From: Lama guanicoe
Lineage: Eukaryota
Length of the DNA: 64,000 bases
NCBI GenBank assembly: GCA_013239625.1
Contig: MU054323.1
Coordinates: 14,946,029 to 15,010,028 of the forward strand
Reading direction: 5' to 3'
The notes beneath the pieces were generated by a model, which saw only the letters and a program-made list of their open reading frames with translations, was not told where the DNA came from and did not search any database. Both the position numbers and the translations under genes were made by a program. Shown piece after piece: positions 1 through 12,800 of the stretch; within the stretch, counting starts at the first letter, position 1, and each line of letters opens with the position of its first letter.

Positions 1-204
1 AGATAAAGGTACTCAATTTTCCTGCTAATGTTCTCTGTATCACACCCTAACTCACAGAGAATTATGCTTACTGCATCAACATTTAAGTACCATTTTTAAA
101 GAAATTAAAGACAAAATTAATTTAAGAAGTTAATAATGTGTTGGGAAAACTAGCACACTTAAAACAATATCAAGCATCACAATGTCCCTCTCCTTGAGGC
201 AGGT

Positions 205-345
205 TGCTGTTAGCAGAGTTGAATGAGCATGGGTCAAGATTCCAAGTTAAACTCTGCCAGTTACTAACTTTATGACCTTGGGCAAAACCCTCAACTTATC
301 TGAGTTTCAGCCTCCTTGGTTTAAAAATGAAGATCATAATGTAGA
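205..345 (+). mobile_element. MIR SINE fragment
   Basis: MIR core: ctctgccagttactaactttatgaccttgggcaaaaccctcaacttatctgagtttcag...aaaatgaagatcataat. Confidence 0.75.
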
Positions 346-547
346 TGGTGTTTCCAGTGGCTGTGTTATTCTTGGTTGTACAGCATCCAAGATTGGTCCC
401 CTCATTCTTCTGGAAATCCTTCAGGTTAATTTGGGTATAAATTACAATGATAGTAAGAATAGAAAAATAGAGGAAATATGCGTATGAAAGGTTTTTTGAA
501 GGAAAAGTGACAGGGCATGATGGCTAATTAAAAAGAGAATGAGGATC

Positions 548-1128
548 CCAATGTTCATAACAGCACTACTTACAATAGTCAGACATGTAAACAACCTAAA
601 TGCTCATTAAGAGATGACTGGATAAAGAAGTTGTGGTATATTTATACAATGGAATACTACTCAGCCATAAAAAATAATAAAATAATGCCTTTTGCAGCAA
701 TATGGACGGACCTAGAGATTATCATTCTAGGTGAAGTAAGCCAGAAAGAGAGAGAAAAGTACCATATGATATCACTTTTATGTGGAATCTAAAAAAAAAA
801 GAAATGTGAACTTATTCACAAAACAGAAACAGTCTCACAGACGTAGAAAACAAATTTATGGTTACTGGGGGGTGGGGGGTGGGGGAGGGGGTGGGAAGGG
901 ATAAATTGGGAGTTCGAGATTTGCAGATACTAACTACTATATCCAAAATAGATAAACAACAAGTTTATACTGTATAGCATAGGGCACTATATTCAATATC
1001 TTATAGTAACCTATAATGAAAAAGAGTATGAAAATGAACATATGTATGTATATGTATGACTGAACTATTATGCTGTACACCAGAAACTGACATAACATTG
1101 TAAACTGACTATACTTCAATTAAAAAAA
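548..1128 (+). mobile_element. 5'-truncated young LINE-1 (ORF2 end + 3'UTR + A tail)
   Basis: L1 3' text (acaatggaatactactcagccataaaa; G-rich tract; aactgactatacttcaattaaaaaaa); TSD agagaatg(a/g)ggatc at 534-547 and 1140-1153. Confidence 0.95.
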
Positions 1129-1144
1129 GAGAGAGAGAGAGAGA
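1129..1144. repeat. (GA)n microsatellite at L1 tail/TSD junction
   Basis: direct reading. Confidence 0.9.
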
Positions 1145-3230
1145 ATGGGGATCAATGAAAGAAATCAGCTTGAAATTACTACACTAAGTCTAGGAGAATG
1201 GCGTCTCATTGACAAAAGCAAAACACTTGTAATATAAAGGATGGCAAATGAGGATTCAGGAAAGAAAAAGACATGCTCTAATATGAGTCTGTTCAATTTG
1301 GATAGGTTTAATTTAAAATATAACATGAAAGTTTAGGAAACCATTTACTAAAAGGAGTTAAATCTATGCATAGCCATTTCTTTCAGATGAAGCAACATCA
1401 TAGTAAGAATAGACACAATATAACTACTCCTCCTGTAAGTGAAATCAATAGTATGTAATTTCCACCTATACCATAACATATCCTGACTTAAGGAAGTTCT
1501 TCTTTTTTCAATTGACAATAATTGTCCTCAATTCAATTTTGGAAACACAATGCATTGATTAAAGCAGCAAGAGCATAAATATTGTTAAAATACATAAGAC
1601 ACCTCTGGTTTATTTTTGTGAAGTGTTTTTGTTTCATGGTGGCATATGGAAATAAAAATATACATTATCACTACTGAATCTGAATGCAACATATTGAATC
1701 ATTAGAGTTTTGTGCCATTAAATTTAATGTAGGTTGTGGTGCAAGGACATGATATGTAATATTTAAGTCATGATATGCAAGGGAGAAAAAGATTTAAGAC
1801 ACTACTATCTTCTGCCAACTAAAAGTATTTCTGCATCCTTTGTTGACATTCAAATTCAAGTAGGGGCCAAATAAAAATTACTCTTTGATCAGTCACCGGG
1901 GAACTCATTTTTACCCATAATTAGGTATTGGAATATTATAAAACTAGAATTTGAGAAATTTCAATACTGCTGCTAATCAACATGCTGAATTCATATTGAT
2001 CTACTTTAAATAATGTAAGATTTCTCTTTACAATAAATGCACCACTGTATGCCCTTTCAGGAAACCCATAAAGCCATGGTTTTAAAAACTGAGACCCAAA
2101 CCTATTATGCACATCATTTGTGCCTTGAGTGTATTCTAAATATAATTATCACCTCCTTACAGTGACACACTAAATCATGCTTTCTTTCATATTTTAAGCA
2201 TACGACCTAATCATGAATTGGGAGGTGGCATGATTATGGCAAAGGCCATAGAATGAAACTTACAGTTCTGGATCTTGGTCCTTGATCTGGTGCTTACTTG
2301 GGCTATTTAATCAGAGCCAAAATTTCTTGGGGGTCAGGAGACAATTATCTGTATTGTTCAATTAAAAACAGTTGGGGGAGTGGAGAGCTACTCAGAGTCA
2401 AGTACTTAGTAGATGCTTTCTAACAATTTTGGTTACTACCTTCAGAATATTGCCTTGGATAGAGTAGCTATGATTTCACCCCAATACTTCCCTGAATGTT
2501 TTGAAATAAGAACTTTTCTGCCGTACCATACAGTTTTTATAGGTATCATTTTATTTGATCCATAATGCAACATAAATAAGTAGGGAGGATTAAAAAATGC
2601 TTTAAGCCTTTCATTTTGCTTCAGCTGGTATATGCCTGAAAACAAGTCACTCATCTTCCCCCCTTGCGCTGGTTTCTTCATTAACAGTGTGTAAGCCATC
2701 TTGATAGAAATACAGTATCAGGAGACATTAACCTCCATTTACCATAATGACATGTTTTTACCTACACTGCCTCCCAAACCCCAATATATCTTGGTTTTCT
2801 TAAGAGTCTAATGCAGATTTTATATAGTAGACTTCTTTCCTCCCTTAACTTTCCGATGCCCTTCTCTATTAGACAACTGAAATAAAGAGGAGAAATTCCA
2901 AAGGCATTTCCTAGGAATGGCAATAATACCTTGGGTCACTATGACCAATACAATTACGCTGCCCCAAAGTTCTCTTAACCTCTTGGCTCACATTATAGGT
3001 TAGAAACATGGTCCCATTATTTATTATGAATAAATCTGTGTTCATGACTGCTTCCACTTTAATCACTGTTGATAAAAGTTGTTGTAAATTCTATGCTTTA
3101 GGCTTTAAAAAATGTATATGATAAAAATAATAGGACACTGACTATCCAGTAGGTAAGTAATTAGTATCATCTCTAAACCCACATGGAATTTAAAAGGGGG
3201 AACCTGATATAAAAATGATATTTGCTGTGT

Positions 3231-3380
3231 ATTCATTCATTTGTAGAATGAATTATTAATCATTCATTCAACAAACAAGTACTAAGCTCCTAATGCATAA
3301 AACTTACCTTATCTGTGTATGTCAAATGGATAAAGAACGACAGAGGTACTTGTTTAGAAGTGGGGACTAACCAAGTAACT
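3231..3380 (-). mobile_element. L2 3' end fragment
   Basis: attcattcaacaaacaagtactaagctcctaatg is the reverse of the L2 3' terminus. Confidence 0.6.
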
Positions 3381-3394
3381 GTAATAAAAGGGAC

Positions 3395-4393
3395 ATCTTC
3401 CGTATGTCCCTCCAGATCCACTTTCTAATACTCTTACCCAGCTCTTAGCCTGAGGAGGTTGATCGGTATGGAATGAACTCCCAGGCTGCCGGTTGGGTTT
3501 GGCCCATGCAGAGGCACCAGAGGGCATGAAGAACGTGGGGTCAGGTGTTTCTTTCCTGCATCCTTATTCCTTCTTGCTCTCATTTAGCTACATCTCACTA
3601 CTGAAGGTCATGGTACCATTATGTGGTTCTCCCCTATAAGTCTCGATTCTGGGAAATGTTCCCCTCCTTTGCTTCTTCAGAAGTAGGAATTCAGCTACTG
3701 CTGTGGCTAGACCTAGGAACACTGCACTATCCCCTTGTTAACTTCTATAAACCCTGCTGTGGCAGTTTAAGACATGTGTGCAAACCCTTTGACACTACTC
3801 CTATTGTTCAATGAGGTCTGGAACATTTTTGCTTGAAACTGGGCTGGCCTTGGACACCTACTTATATCTAATAGAACGCAGCAAAACCAGTATTCTGTGA
3901 CTTCTGAGGCTATCTCAAAAAGGACCGCTCAGCTTGTGCCTTTTTTGCTTTGAGCCCCAGGACAACATATAAAAAAGTCCTACTATCCCATGGCAAGCTT
4001 ACTGTGAAGAAGCCCAGCCAAGCCACATGGAAAGATCATATATATGTGTTCCATCCACAATGCCAGCCCAGGTGGTAAACATGTGAGGAAGATGCCTTCA
4101 AATCAATGTAAACACAGCCACCAATTCAACCCCCAGCTTTAAAGCTTCTCAGCTGAAGCCTCAGATATCATGGAGCAGAAAAGAATCATCCTCTTTGTGT
4201 CCTTCTCTAATTCCTGACCCATAGGATCCGTGGGTGTCATATTTTATGTCACTAAGTTTGGGGTAGTTTGTTTCATAGCAATACGGATCCCAACATCTGT
4301 TCACGTCTTTGTAAATAGTCCTTTTACCCAATTCCTTGCAAATTGCCCAATATAAGTGTGTTGCTTGTTTCCTGACAGAACCATGAGGGATAC
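3395..4393 (+). mobile_element. ERVL-class solo LTR (LTR33-like) interrupted by an MLT1 LTR
   Basis: gggtttggcccatgcagaggcacc; aaaccctgc|tcacgtctttgtaaatagtcc rejoins across the insert; ends tgtttcctgacagaaccatgagggataca. Confidence 0.65.
3758..4295 (+). mobile_element. MaLR MLT1 solo LTR (MLT1G/H-like), nested
   Basis: starts tgtggcag; ends cactaagtttggggtagtttgtttcatagcaata...aca; degraded 5-bp TSD cctgc/tctgt. Confidence 0.8.
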
Positions 4394-4789
4394 AAAGGGA
4401 ATTCCAAATAAATGTCATATGAGTGGTATGAACAAACTCCTATAGGAGTGTGAAGTAAAGTGAATTCACTTCCAGTTGGCATAATTGGGAAATTCTGCAC
4501 GAGGGCAGGAACCATGTCTGATGTCACAAGTGTTCAATAACATCTCTTGAAGTCTGCTGAATGGGGAAGTGAGAATTGTACTGACCTTTGAGAAACTGCT
4601 GTGATTAGGATGGGAAGAAAAGGGGAGAAGCACTAATGTAGACAGAACAATAAAAAACAAAGAGCATGGAAGCAAGAACATGCATTCAAATAACAAATTT
4701 CATGTAAAACAGTCCAGCTGGAGAAGAGGCTCTACCCTGATGCCAGGGTGGCTTCTCTTGGAAGCAAATCTCTCACCCTGTCTCTTCCT

Positions 4790-5440
4790 GCTACACAGCC
4801 TTCATCAGCTCTCCACAGCTCTCAGGCAAAAATTCAAACTTCTTAACGTTGCCCTCTAAACTCTCCTGATGTATCTGCCTCTATGCCCTCATCTTTTCTT
4901 ACCAGGTCCCCCATTCCCACCTGCACTGTAGCCACATTACCTATCTGCAGATTCTGTCTTACACATCTTTGTAATTTTGAACATGCTGCTTTTTTTCATA
5001 GATTATTCTGCACATCTACTTTCCTCCTTCTAACTAGCAACTATCTTCAAATCTCAAGACATTAATCTTCCCCACTAAGTAGCCTTCCCAGATACTTGCC
5101 ATGGGAGGAACCAATTACTTACATGGTTCCCTGCACTCATAAATACTGTGGCATTTACAATGTTGCTTTACTTTTTTACTTTTATTTTTGGTCCAGCTAT
5201 AGACATAAACTCCTCAGACATGGACCAGAATTTGGATCTTGCTATGCTTGAGAAAGTAAATAATATAACGAATTCATGGTTGATCAGTGTAAATACTGGA
5301 GTAGTGAATAAAGAATCAACAGGATTTATGTATGACTTCAGACACTGTGTTTTGCTGTTCAGTGGCCCTCGTACCTAGAAGAGCGCCTATTACAATTATG
5401 CTTTTTGAATGAATAAATGAAGCATGAATGGATGGACATA
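4790..5440 (+). mobile_element. L2 fragments (3' region)
   Basis: aaattcaaacttcttaacgttgcc...; terminal tgaatgaataaatgaa...gaatggatgg. Confidence 0.65.
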
Positions 5441-7414
5441 AATAAGGGAGAGGGAGGCATCATCTATGACTGATACTACCATCTTCTTTTATATTGCCAG
5501 AAGACACGGCCATTTAGAATTTACATAGAAAATATGTCAATCCCAAACCTCTTTGGAAAAGTGGTTGAATTAATTAGATCACTACATTTCAGCCTATTTA
5601 AACCAAGGGGGAATTTTTAGAAGAGCAACAAGACAATCTTTTTACTGCTCCTGCTCCCTCCTTCCTCTCTCATTGGTCAAGAATATAGTCCTCAAGCATT
5701 GAGTTTAATTAACACTTTGCTCGAGGGCTTGATTTTTAAAGTCTCTTGTCTGAGATGGGGTTCCTAGTTTATATTTCTGTAGCTATGTATAAGGAACTGA
5801 TTTAACTTACCTAAAATGTTTATAGAGTTAATGTGTATTACAATTTATTTTTGCTTTGATTATTATATGTCACCTATCTGTAAATGCTTCTCTTCAAAGT
5901 ACTAATTTGAATGTAGTACTTTGGGTCTTGCTTCCAAATACCATTCATACACAGTACAATATATTATAAAACTTGAACCCAGCATTCTGAGAGCTAGTTA
6001 ATTCTATTTATTTAATAAATCTTGATAGTTTGCATTTAAATTATTTTTTATTTACTGTTATTTTGATAAGGTTTTGTAATGTCAAAAGTCAGAAGCTTCT
6101 GAACTTATCTTAAATGAAGTGCAATTTGAGGAAATAGAAACAATTAGCTTAACTCTTTCATATTCTTCAGAGAAACGTTTCCAGTTTTCAGTAACACAGC
6201 TCATCCTTATAAACCTGGAGGGTATCAGACCTTCAGTAAAACTGCACTATAATCATGATTTTTAAAACTTTACAAGCAGTTCTGTTCTATTTCCAAGTTA
6301 CCACAGGTGACTGGATTTACTTAACAATCAAATGATCTCTAGTCATTATGGTGAATACACTTCACTTCATATGAGTCAGACTGCATCATACACAGATGCT
6401 GTTTTGAATGACTTTCCTTCAAGCCAATCCTACTTGTTTCATTTCTCTCCCAATAACTTTTGTTTCCTTTACTGACTATATATCAACTTCCCTACAAAAT
6501 TACAATTCAAAGCTCTGAATCTTTTGAGTTTAACGTTTGCTTCATGTAGCATCTGTTGACATTTGATTTATGATTTGTGAATTGAGCACCTCAAGCCATA
6601 ATAGATAAGACATTCATTACCTACGTCTTCCCAGATTGGTCAGTTGGTTAAAAATGCCCTTAGAAAGCAAAGAGAATCAAAAACAAATGAGCTAGCTTGA
6701 GATAATGTCTGTTCTGCTTCAAAAGCAAAAGTTACCATTTTAAAAATTGCCTCTAGCCTGCAAGCTTGAAAATTTTAACCAAGTGCCTGGAATCCACCTT
6801 CACGCTTAACTTGCATCTCTCTCTACACTCTTGCAGCTGAATATGTTCCACATGTAAATATATATTTTCTAATGGAAGCATCAAAGAAATACTACATACA
6901 GAAAGATCCTTAGGTCTCAGCAAGGATCACAAAATTGCTTAGGAACTTAAAATTTTTAGAGAGCCGGTTTCTACCCACCTTAATTCTGGTTTTCAGGGCT
7001 GTGAAACTACTGAAGGGAGCAGATGATTCAATTTATAAAATAAACTAGGGTGCAGTTTATACCTAAGAGTACTTTCATGACACTCAAAATCACATCCATG
7101 AAGAAAACCAACCACAATAATTTCTGTAAAGTTTGGTCATCGAATGAAGCTCAAAGAAAGCTGAGTTTGGAGAGGTAATTTGTGTCCAGTAGTTCATTTG
7201 GTTAAAAAAGGTTGAATAAGAAAAGTCAAATTGCCTTTTCAACCTCCTAATTATTTGAGAGAATTATGCGAGAATAAACTTCAAGCTTTGACTTTCAACT
7301 GAATTTCTATCCCAGTCAAGTTACTTGAAGATTATATTGTGACACCAAAGAGGAAACAAACAAGAGGGTCTGTATCACTCGATACAAACTACCTTAAAAA
7401 AAAAAAGCCAAATT

Positions 7415-7740
7415 TTAATTTCTGGCAAATAAGCACCCACATATTGTGAAAACTAATCTTCCTGCTGGAAACAACTACAAATACTGGGTTAGAAAAAAGA
7501 GTTTTGTCTTCACTTTACAAGAATGCAAGGGATGTCCTCAGAGGCCAAAAACAAAATGAAAGCAGTAATCTAGAGAGTTAAGCAAACTCTAAAGCTACTG
7601 GCTACTTTGAAGGCACCTGATAATCTCTGGTGACCTTGAGCCTCATTTTTGACAGCTGCACAGGAGATGGGAGACAGGAAACAAAGCCCGGGGCCTGCCC
7701 TTAGAGTGGAGGGTGTTAGATTAGAAGACTCCCGAATAAT
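7415..7740 (+). mobile_element. possible ancient L1 5' region fragment
   Basis: cttcctgctggaaacaactacaaatactgg resembles old L1M 5' ends; weak. Confidence 0.35.
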
Positions 7741-8011
7741 AAAGTGCTGCCTCTTTAGGGAGAAGCACAGTCGTATCTGGGTTTATATACTTTCCTAGTC
7801 TGTTAGAGGACCGAGCAGAGTGTTTCACATTTTTCTTTACTTCACTATCCAATGATTTAATTTTAGAATAATGTCTTATGCAGGGAAATTAATGAGAAGG
7901 ACAAAGCAGCTGTGTCTGTTATAATTATATTGTATCATTATTGCTTCATAGAAGGAAAACCTGCCCTTGCTATAGGCTATAATTTCCTCTTTTCAGAATA
8001 CAGTTTTTTTT

Positions 8012-8577
8012 TCCTAGTCCAGTTATTACTGCTTTGTATCAAACAATCTCAAACCTTACTGGCTTAAAGCAACAACATTTATCTTGCTTACAAATCTATA
8101 ATTTGGGCAGAGCTTGTCAAGGACAGTTCATTCCTGCTCCCCCTGGCACTAGTTGGCATAGCTCAATAGCTAGGAGCTAAAATCATCTGAAATCTCATTC
8201 ACTCAAATATCTGGCAGCTGATGTCAACTGTCGTCTAGGACCTTAGTTGGGGCTAATGGCCAGAACACTGGTATGTCACCTCTCCATGCAGCTTGGGCTT
8301 CCTGACAACATGGTGGATGGGTTCTACAAGCAAGCATCCTGAAGGAGACACACACAGACAGAAGCCATATTCCATGTCATGACATAGCTTCAGACATCAG
8401 GTGGTGTCATTTCTGGAACAGTATATTCATTGAGGAGTTCCAAATACTCTTGCAGGTTCAAGAGGAAGGGAGACGAAATATACTCCACCTCTTAATGGGC
8501 GTGTGGCAAAGTTCCAAGAGAGTACGCAGGACTGAAAATCTTGGTAAGGCCATTTTAAGAAAACATAAACTGCTATG
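8012..8577 (-). mobile_element. MaLR MLT1 solo LTR
   Basis: reverse MLT1 3' end (cagttattactgctttgtatcaaacaatctcaaaccttactggcttaaagcaac); ccacctcttaatggg near the other end. Confidence 0.8.
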
Positions 8578-10359
8578 TTTCTCAATCTAATTGTGGGATA
8601 GTTATTATATTTGTTCAATGCATAACCAAAACAGAGGGAGAACGAAGCCAAGAGAGAGAACGTTTGTTGGGACATGGTCAGCCAGAAAGTTTAAGTTCAA
8701 CCCTTGCTTAACTGATGCCACCAGAAGTGGCTCTTCACCTTCCTCTTCTCAGCACTAACACTCTAGAACTGTGTCAGTACCTAGCTTCGGAGGCAGGGGT
8801 TATTCCACCCATCCCTATTTGAACAGCTTTCCATCAGCACACACACTACACAGCAGCTTCCCATTCCTGTACCTACTTCAGTGTTTACTTCATGTCTTGC
8901 TAGCCTGGCATTCTCTGTAATCCTTCTAGTTTCCCCTGAAATGGTACCAAATAGGCAGTTGCCCCCAAGTTAGTGTAGTAGGTTGTAGGGAATGAAGAGG
9001 AGTGAACACATTACTGATGACACAGAGAACAACTGAAGGAATATTTCCTGAATGACCACTGAGCAACATCAGCACTGGAGAGTGAATAGTTGATGTCCTA
9101 GCCCTTTTTTTGCTATTTACAGGTCTGTCTAAGAGAGAGTATATCCTATCTGGCTAGGATATTTTCACTTCTATATTTCTTAGTTGCTTGTTTAAAAGTA
9201 TCAAGCAAACAAGTATGCTTCTCTGTCTAAAAGAGCCTTTTTAGAAGGACTGGTTAAAAGTGACTTTTAGCTCAAAACCCAAATAAGAGGACTTTACAAT
9301 GTATGTGGACTGGAGGAGATTGAAATGTAAAGGATAAGCCACAGGTCCCCCCCCCCACTGCTGGAAGGGGGTACCTGTGGCTTATCTTCTCATCTCCTCA
9401 TGACTCACTCAATCCATGGCTCTAGCTCTGCTCTGGTTCTTTCAAATTTCAGAACTACTCATGGAAACCCCCTTCTCTTTTTATCCTTTCTTCCCTTTGG
9501 TACAATTATCAAAATTAGACTAGTATTACTGTCACCAAAAGGTTTCCTTCCAATAAGGAGCTAAAGCAAATTTCCACTGAAGTGTTTCCATCATTGCATT
9601 ACAGAACGCACCTAATGAAATCAAGCAGGTCAGCTGCAAGCGTAAAGAATTCACACTGGGCATAAATAATTCCAGCACATATTGATGTTAAATCAGATCC
9701 CATCTGAACACATGCAAGCTTTTTCTAGCACTTGGGGTACTGGGAAGCCCTAAAACAGAGGTGTGAATTAGGTGGAGTCTCTTTTAACTAATTCACCAGA
9801 ATCCCTCTTAGTGGACTCACTCCCTCTCAAGAACTCAAAACTGTCACTTCATGCTTGGCTGCTTAGAACCGTCCATGGTAAACCTCATAAGACAGTCCTC
9901 TCCTCCCTTCGCCCACCAAAATTTTATCTCTAAGTCCTATTCTCTGAAGCCCCACACTTGACTTCAACAACCTAATATGTTATTTCATGCTGGAGATTAG
10001 TACCAATCTATGGTTAAATGATTTCTCACCACCATTAAAATAAAGATTTCTAGAACTGACACTTCAGTGAATTTCAGCAGACTGGAGTTTGAAACAATTA
10101 GAAGACCATGTAGTACAGTTAAAACACATCTGTCTAAAAACTGCCTGTTCTCTAACAATAAGTGCAATCTTATTCATACTGCACAATATCACAGAAAAGT
10201 GAATAAGCTAGTCTTTCCAAGCACCCTGTCCCCATTACTGTTGACTCTGCATTACTATAAACCAAGTAAAGTACTGCCTTTTGGCACATTTACATCTATA
10301 TTGCAATGACTTTGGATACTCCGCTAGTATAGAAATTTCCATTACTCTTGTATTCAGCT

Positions 10360-11046
10360 TGACCTGACATTACTGCCTAGGCTACTAATCTGTCCCTATG
10401 TCTACCATTCCCCATTACCCTCTATTCAGTGCAGCAGCCAGAGTTTTCCAAATGAAAATCAGATCATGTTGCTCCTCTGCTCAAAGCACTACTGTGGCTC
10501 CCATGTCATCAGAGTCAAAACAAAGCTAACAAAGCTACGAAATCTAGCCTTTCCCACTCCCCACCACACCCCAACATTTTCTTGCAGGTCTTATCCCCTT
10601 ACTCACTTCCCTCCCGATAACCTAGCTTCTTTACTGTTTCTGGAACCATCCAGGCGCACTCCCATCTCTGGACTTTAGCACTTGAAGTCTCTTCCTGACA
10701 CTCCCTTCCTCCAGATATCCACACGGTTCACTTTTCCTTCATGGTCATTCTGCTTAAATGTTGCCCTCTCAGGAAAGTACCATGTATTCTATTTAAATAT
10801 GCAACTACCTAAGCTCCCTTATCTTGCTCTAGTTCCCCTCCACCCCTGACAGTGCTTATTTTCTTCTATTATACTATATGTTTGGGTTATTTAGTATGTT
10901 TATTGCTGATTTCCTTCCACTAGAATGTACGTATCAGGGAAGAAAAAATTTTTGTCAGTTTTCTCCACCAGTATCTCTAGTGCCTATAAGACAGCCCAAC
11001 AAACAGTTGGTGGCACAACAGATTTATAGATGTTTAATGAATAAAC
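10360..11046 (+). mobile_element. L2 3' region
   Basis: gcagcagccagagttttccaaatgaaaatcagatcatgttgctcctctgctcaaa...ccactagaatgta...gtatctctagtgccta...atgaataaa. Confidence 0.85.
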
Positions 11047-12497
11047 AAAGGTTTTGGTACATTCTTTTCATATTTCCTATCTTCAAGTGCCCTAAGGATG
11101 GAAGTAAACCTTATTTATATTGCAAAATTAATGTCAGCTATATGTGTGGACTTGGGTTAGCTTTATGGTTCAAAGCAAGTCTCTCTCTATTATGTGGTAA
11201 GAGATTTGAAAGTTATTCTCTCCCCAGTAGCCTGTGCTCACCCAATGCAGTATGAATATATTTTATGTCCTGGGCTTACCTAACATGATCACACTATTTC
11301 TGGGCACAATGTCGCCTCTCTAAATGCCAGTGCAATTTATGAGTCCAGCAAAGCTCAACGGATTTGGTCATAAGAAATTATTTGAAAATAAGCACGCCTG
11401 GGTGATTTAGCCCCTTAACATCTTGTTCAAATATTTGCTTCATAATATAGTGACATTACGGAACTCTGACGACTCAGTCACAGATGTGCCAACAAACGTG
11501 AATGCGGATATATACTGTGGTCCTCTGAATCCTTCAGGCATCACAGACTTGTAGTAAAATTTTTCAGCCATGTTATTCATTGGTTGCTTGATGGGCTTTA
11601 ACTCACAAAACCGAAGAGTTTTATATAAATTTGCACTGAATGGTATTCAGGATTGTGAAAAAGGCAAAGGACCCAGGATTGCCCACTGAAATTCAGGGTT
11701 TCCAAGGTAACTCCCACTACATGTTTCTGCCTAATTACAGACGGCACTTTTTTAATTTAGCTGACAAAGACCACCGTCACAGGGATCAGTGTTGCTAGCA
11801 GAGAGTTTTCAAAAGCGCTAAGTCTGGAAATATGCATTGGCGTTACCCACACATAACAGCTATGATTTGCTCTTCAGGACATTTACACCTTATCCTGCTG
11901 CTTTCACAGAAATGGATTAATAGGGCACAAGTCTATACCTCTGCCAACACATCTAAAAGGAAATCAAAGGGGAACTGAAAGCAGACACTGAATATATTAG
12001 ATTCCTTTTAGGCACGATGCCCAATTTCAATAGAACCACTCCTTAAATTCCTTTAGACCAGCACTGAGGAGCCCTCCCAGCCCCAAAATTCTATGCTTCA
12101 CTGATTCTTTCAGACCCTCAAGGATACTGACCTAAACTAATTTGCGTGGTTAAATTAGGATGAGGTTTCTGATGCTTCAACAGTGACAATTTCACGGTAC
12201 AGGAAATAAAGGAACAAGAGGGCTAACCTGGTGGGAAAGAGCTTATTCTATCAGGATTTTTTTTTTTTAAGCAGCAACTTTGTTCAGGCACAAGCAATTC
12301 AAGTCTCCCTTGAGGATGCAAGCCCTGCACCAGAGGGAGGGTATGGTCACAGGAACAGAACAAAAGATCCAAGGAAGAAACAAGGAGCACAAAAGATAGT
12401 AAGGACATGCCAAGAGAAAGAAAATAAAGGGTGCTGTTCCACCACTGCACAGATATTAGTGCAATCTACTTCAATGGCTTTACCTAATTAAGTTAAA

Positions 12498-12800
12498 AGA
12501 TAGTGTGGTCCAATGGAAGAAGTATTGGAAGTTAGAAAACCTACTTAATGTAATCAACCAGTTTATGCAAGTGTTTTAATTTCTCTAAGCATTATTCTCC
12601 TTAACTGTAGAACCAAGGTATTTGGTTCTGAAGAGTTAAACGGGGTTTATACACAAAGCACCTAGGTTTAAATCATGCTATGGTTATGCGTTATGTGTGT
12701 ATGATGTAGGGCAAATTGCTTCTCCCTGTAAGTCTAAAGTTTCTTCACCTGCAAATAGAGAAGAAAGAACATGTAGCTCAAAGTGTAGTTATTTGTCTAC
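12498..12800 (+). mobile_element. two degraded MIR fragments
   Basis: gtgtggtccaatggaagaag...; gtagggcaaattgcttctccctgtaagtctaaagtttcttcacctgcaaatag. Confidence 0.55.
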
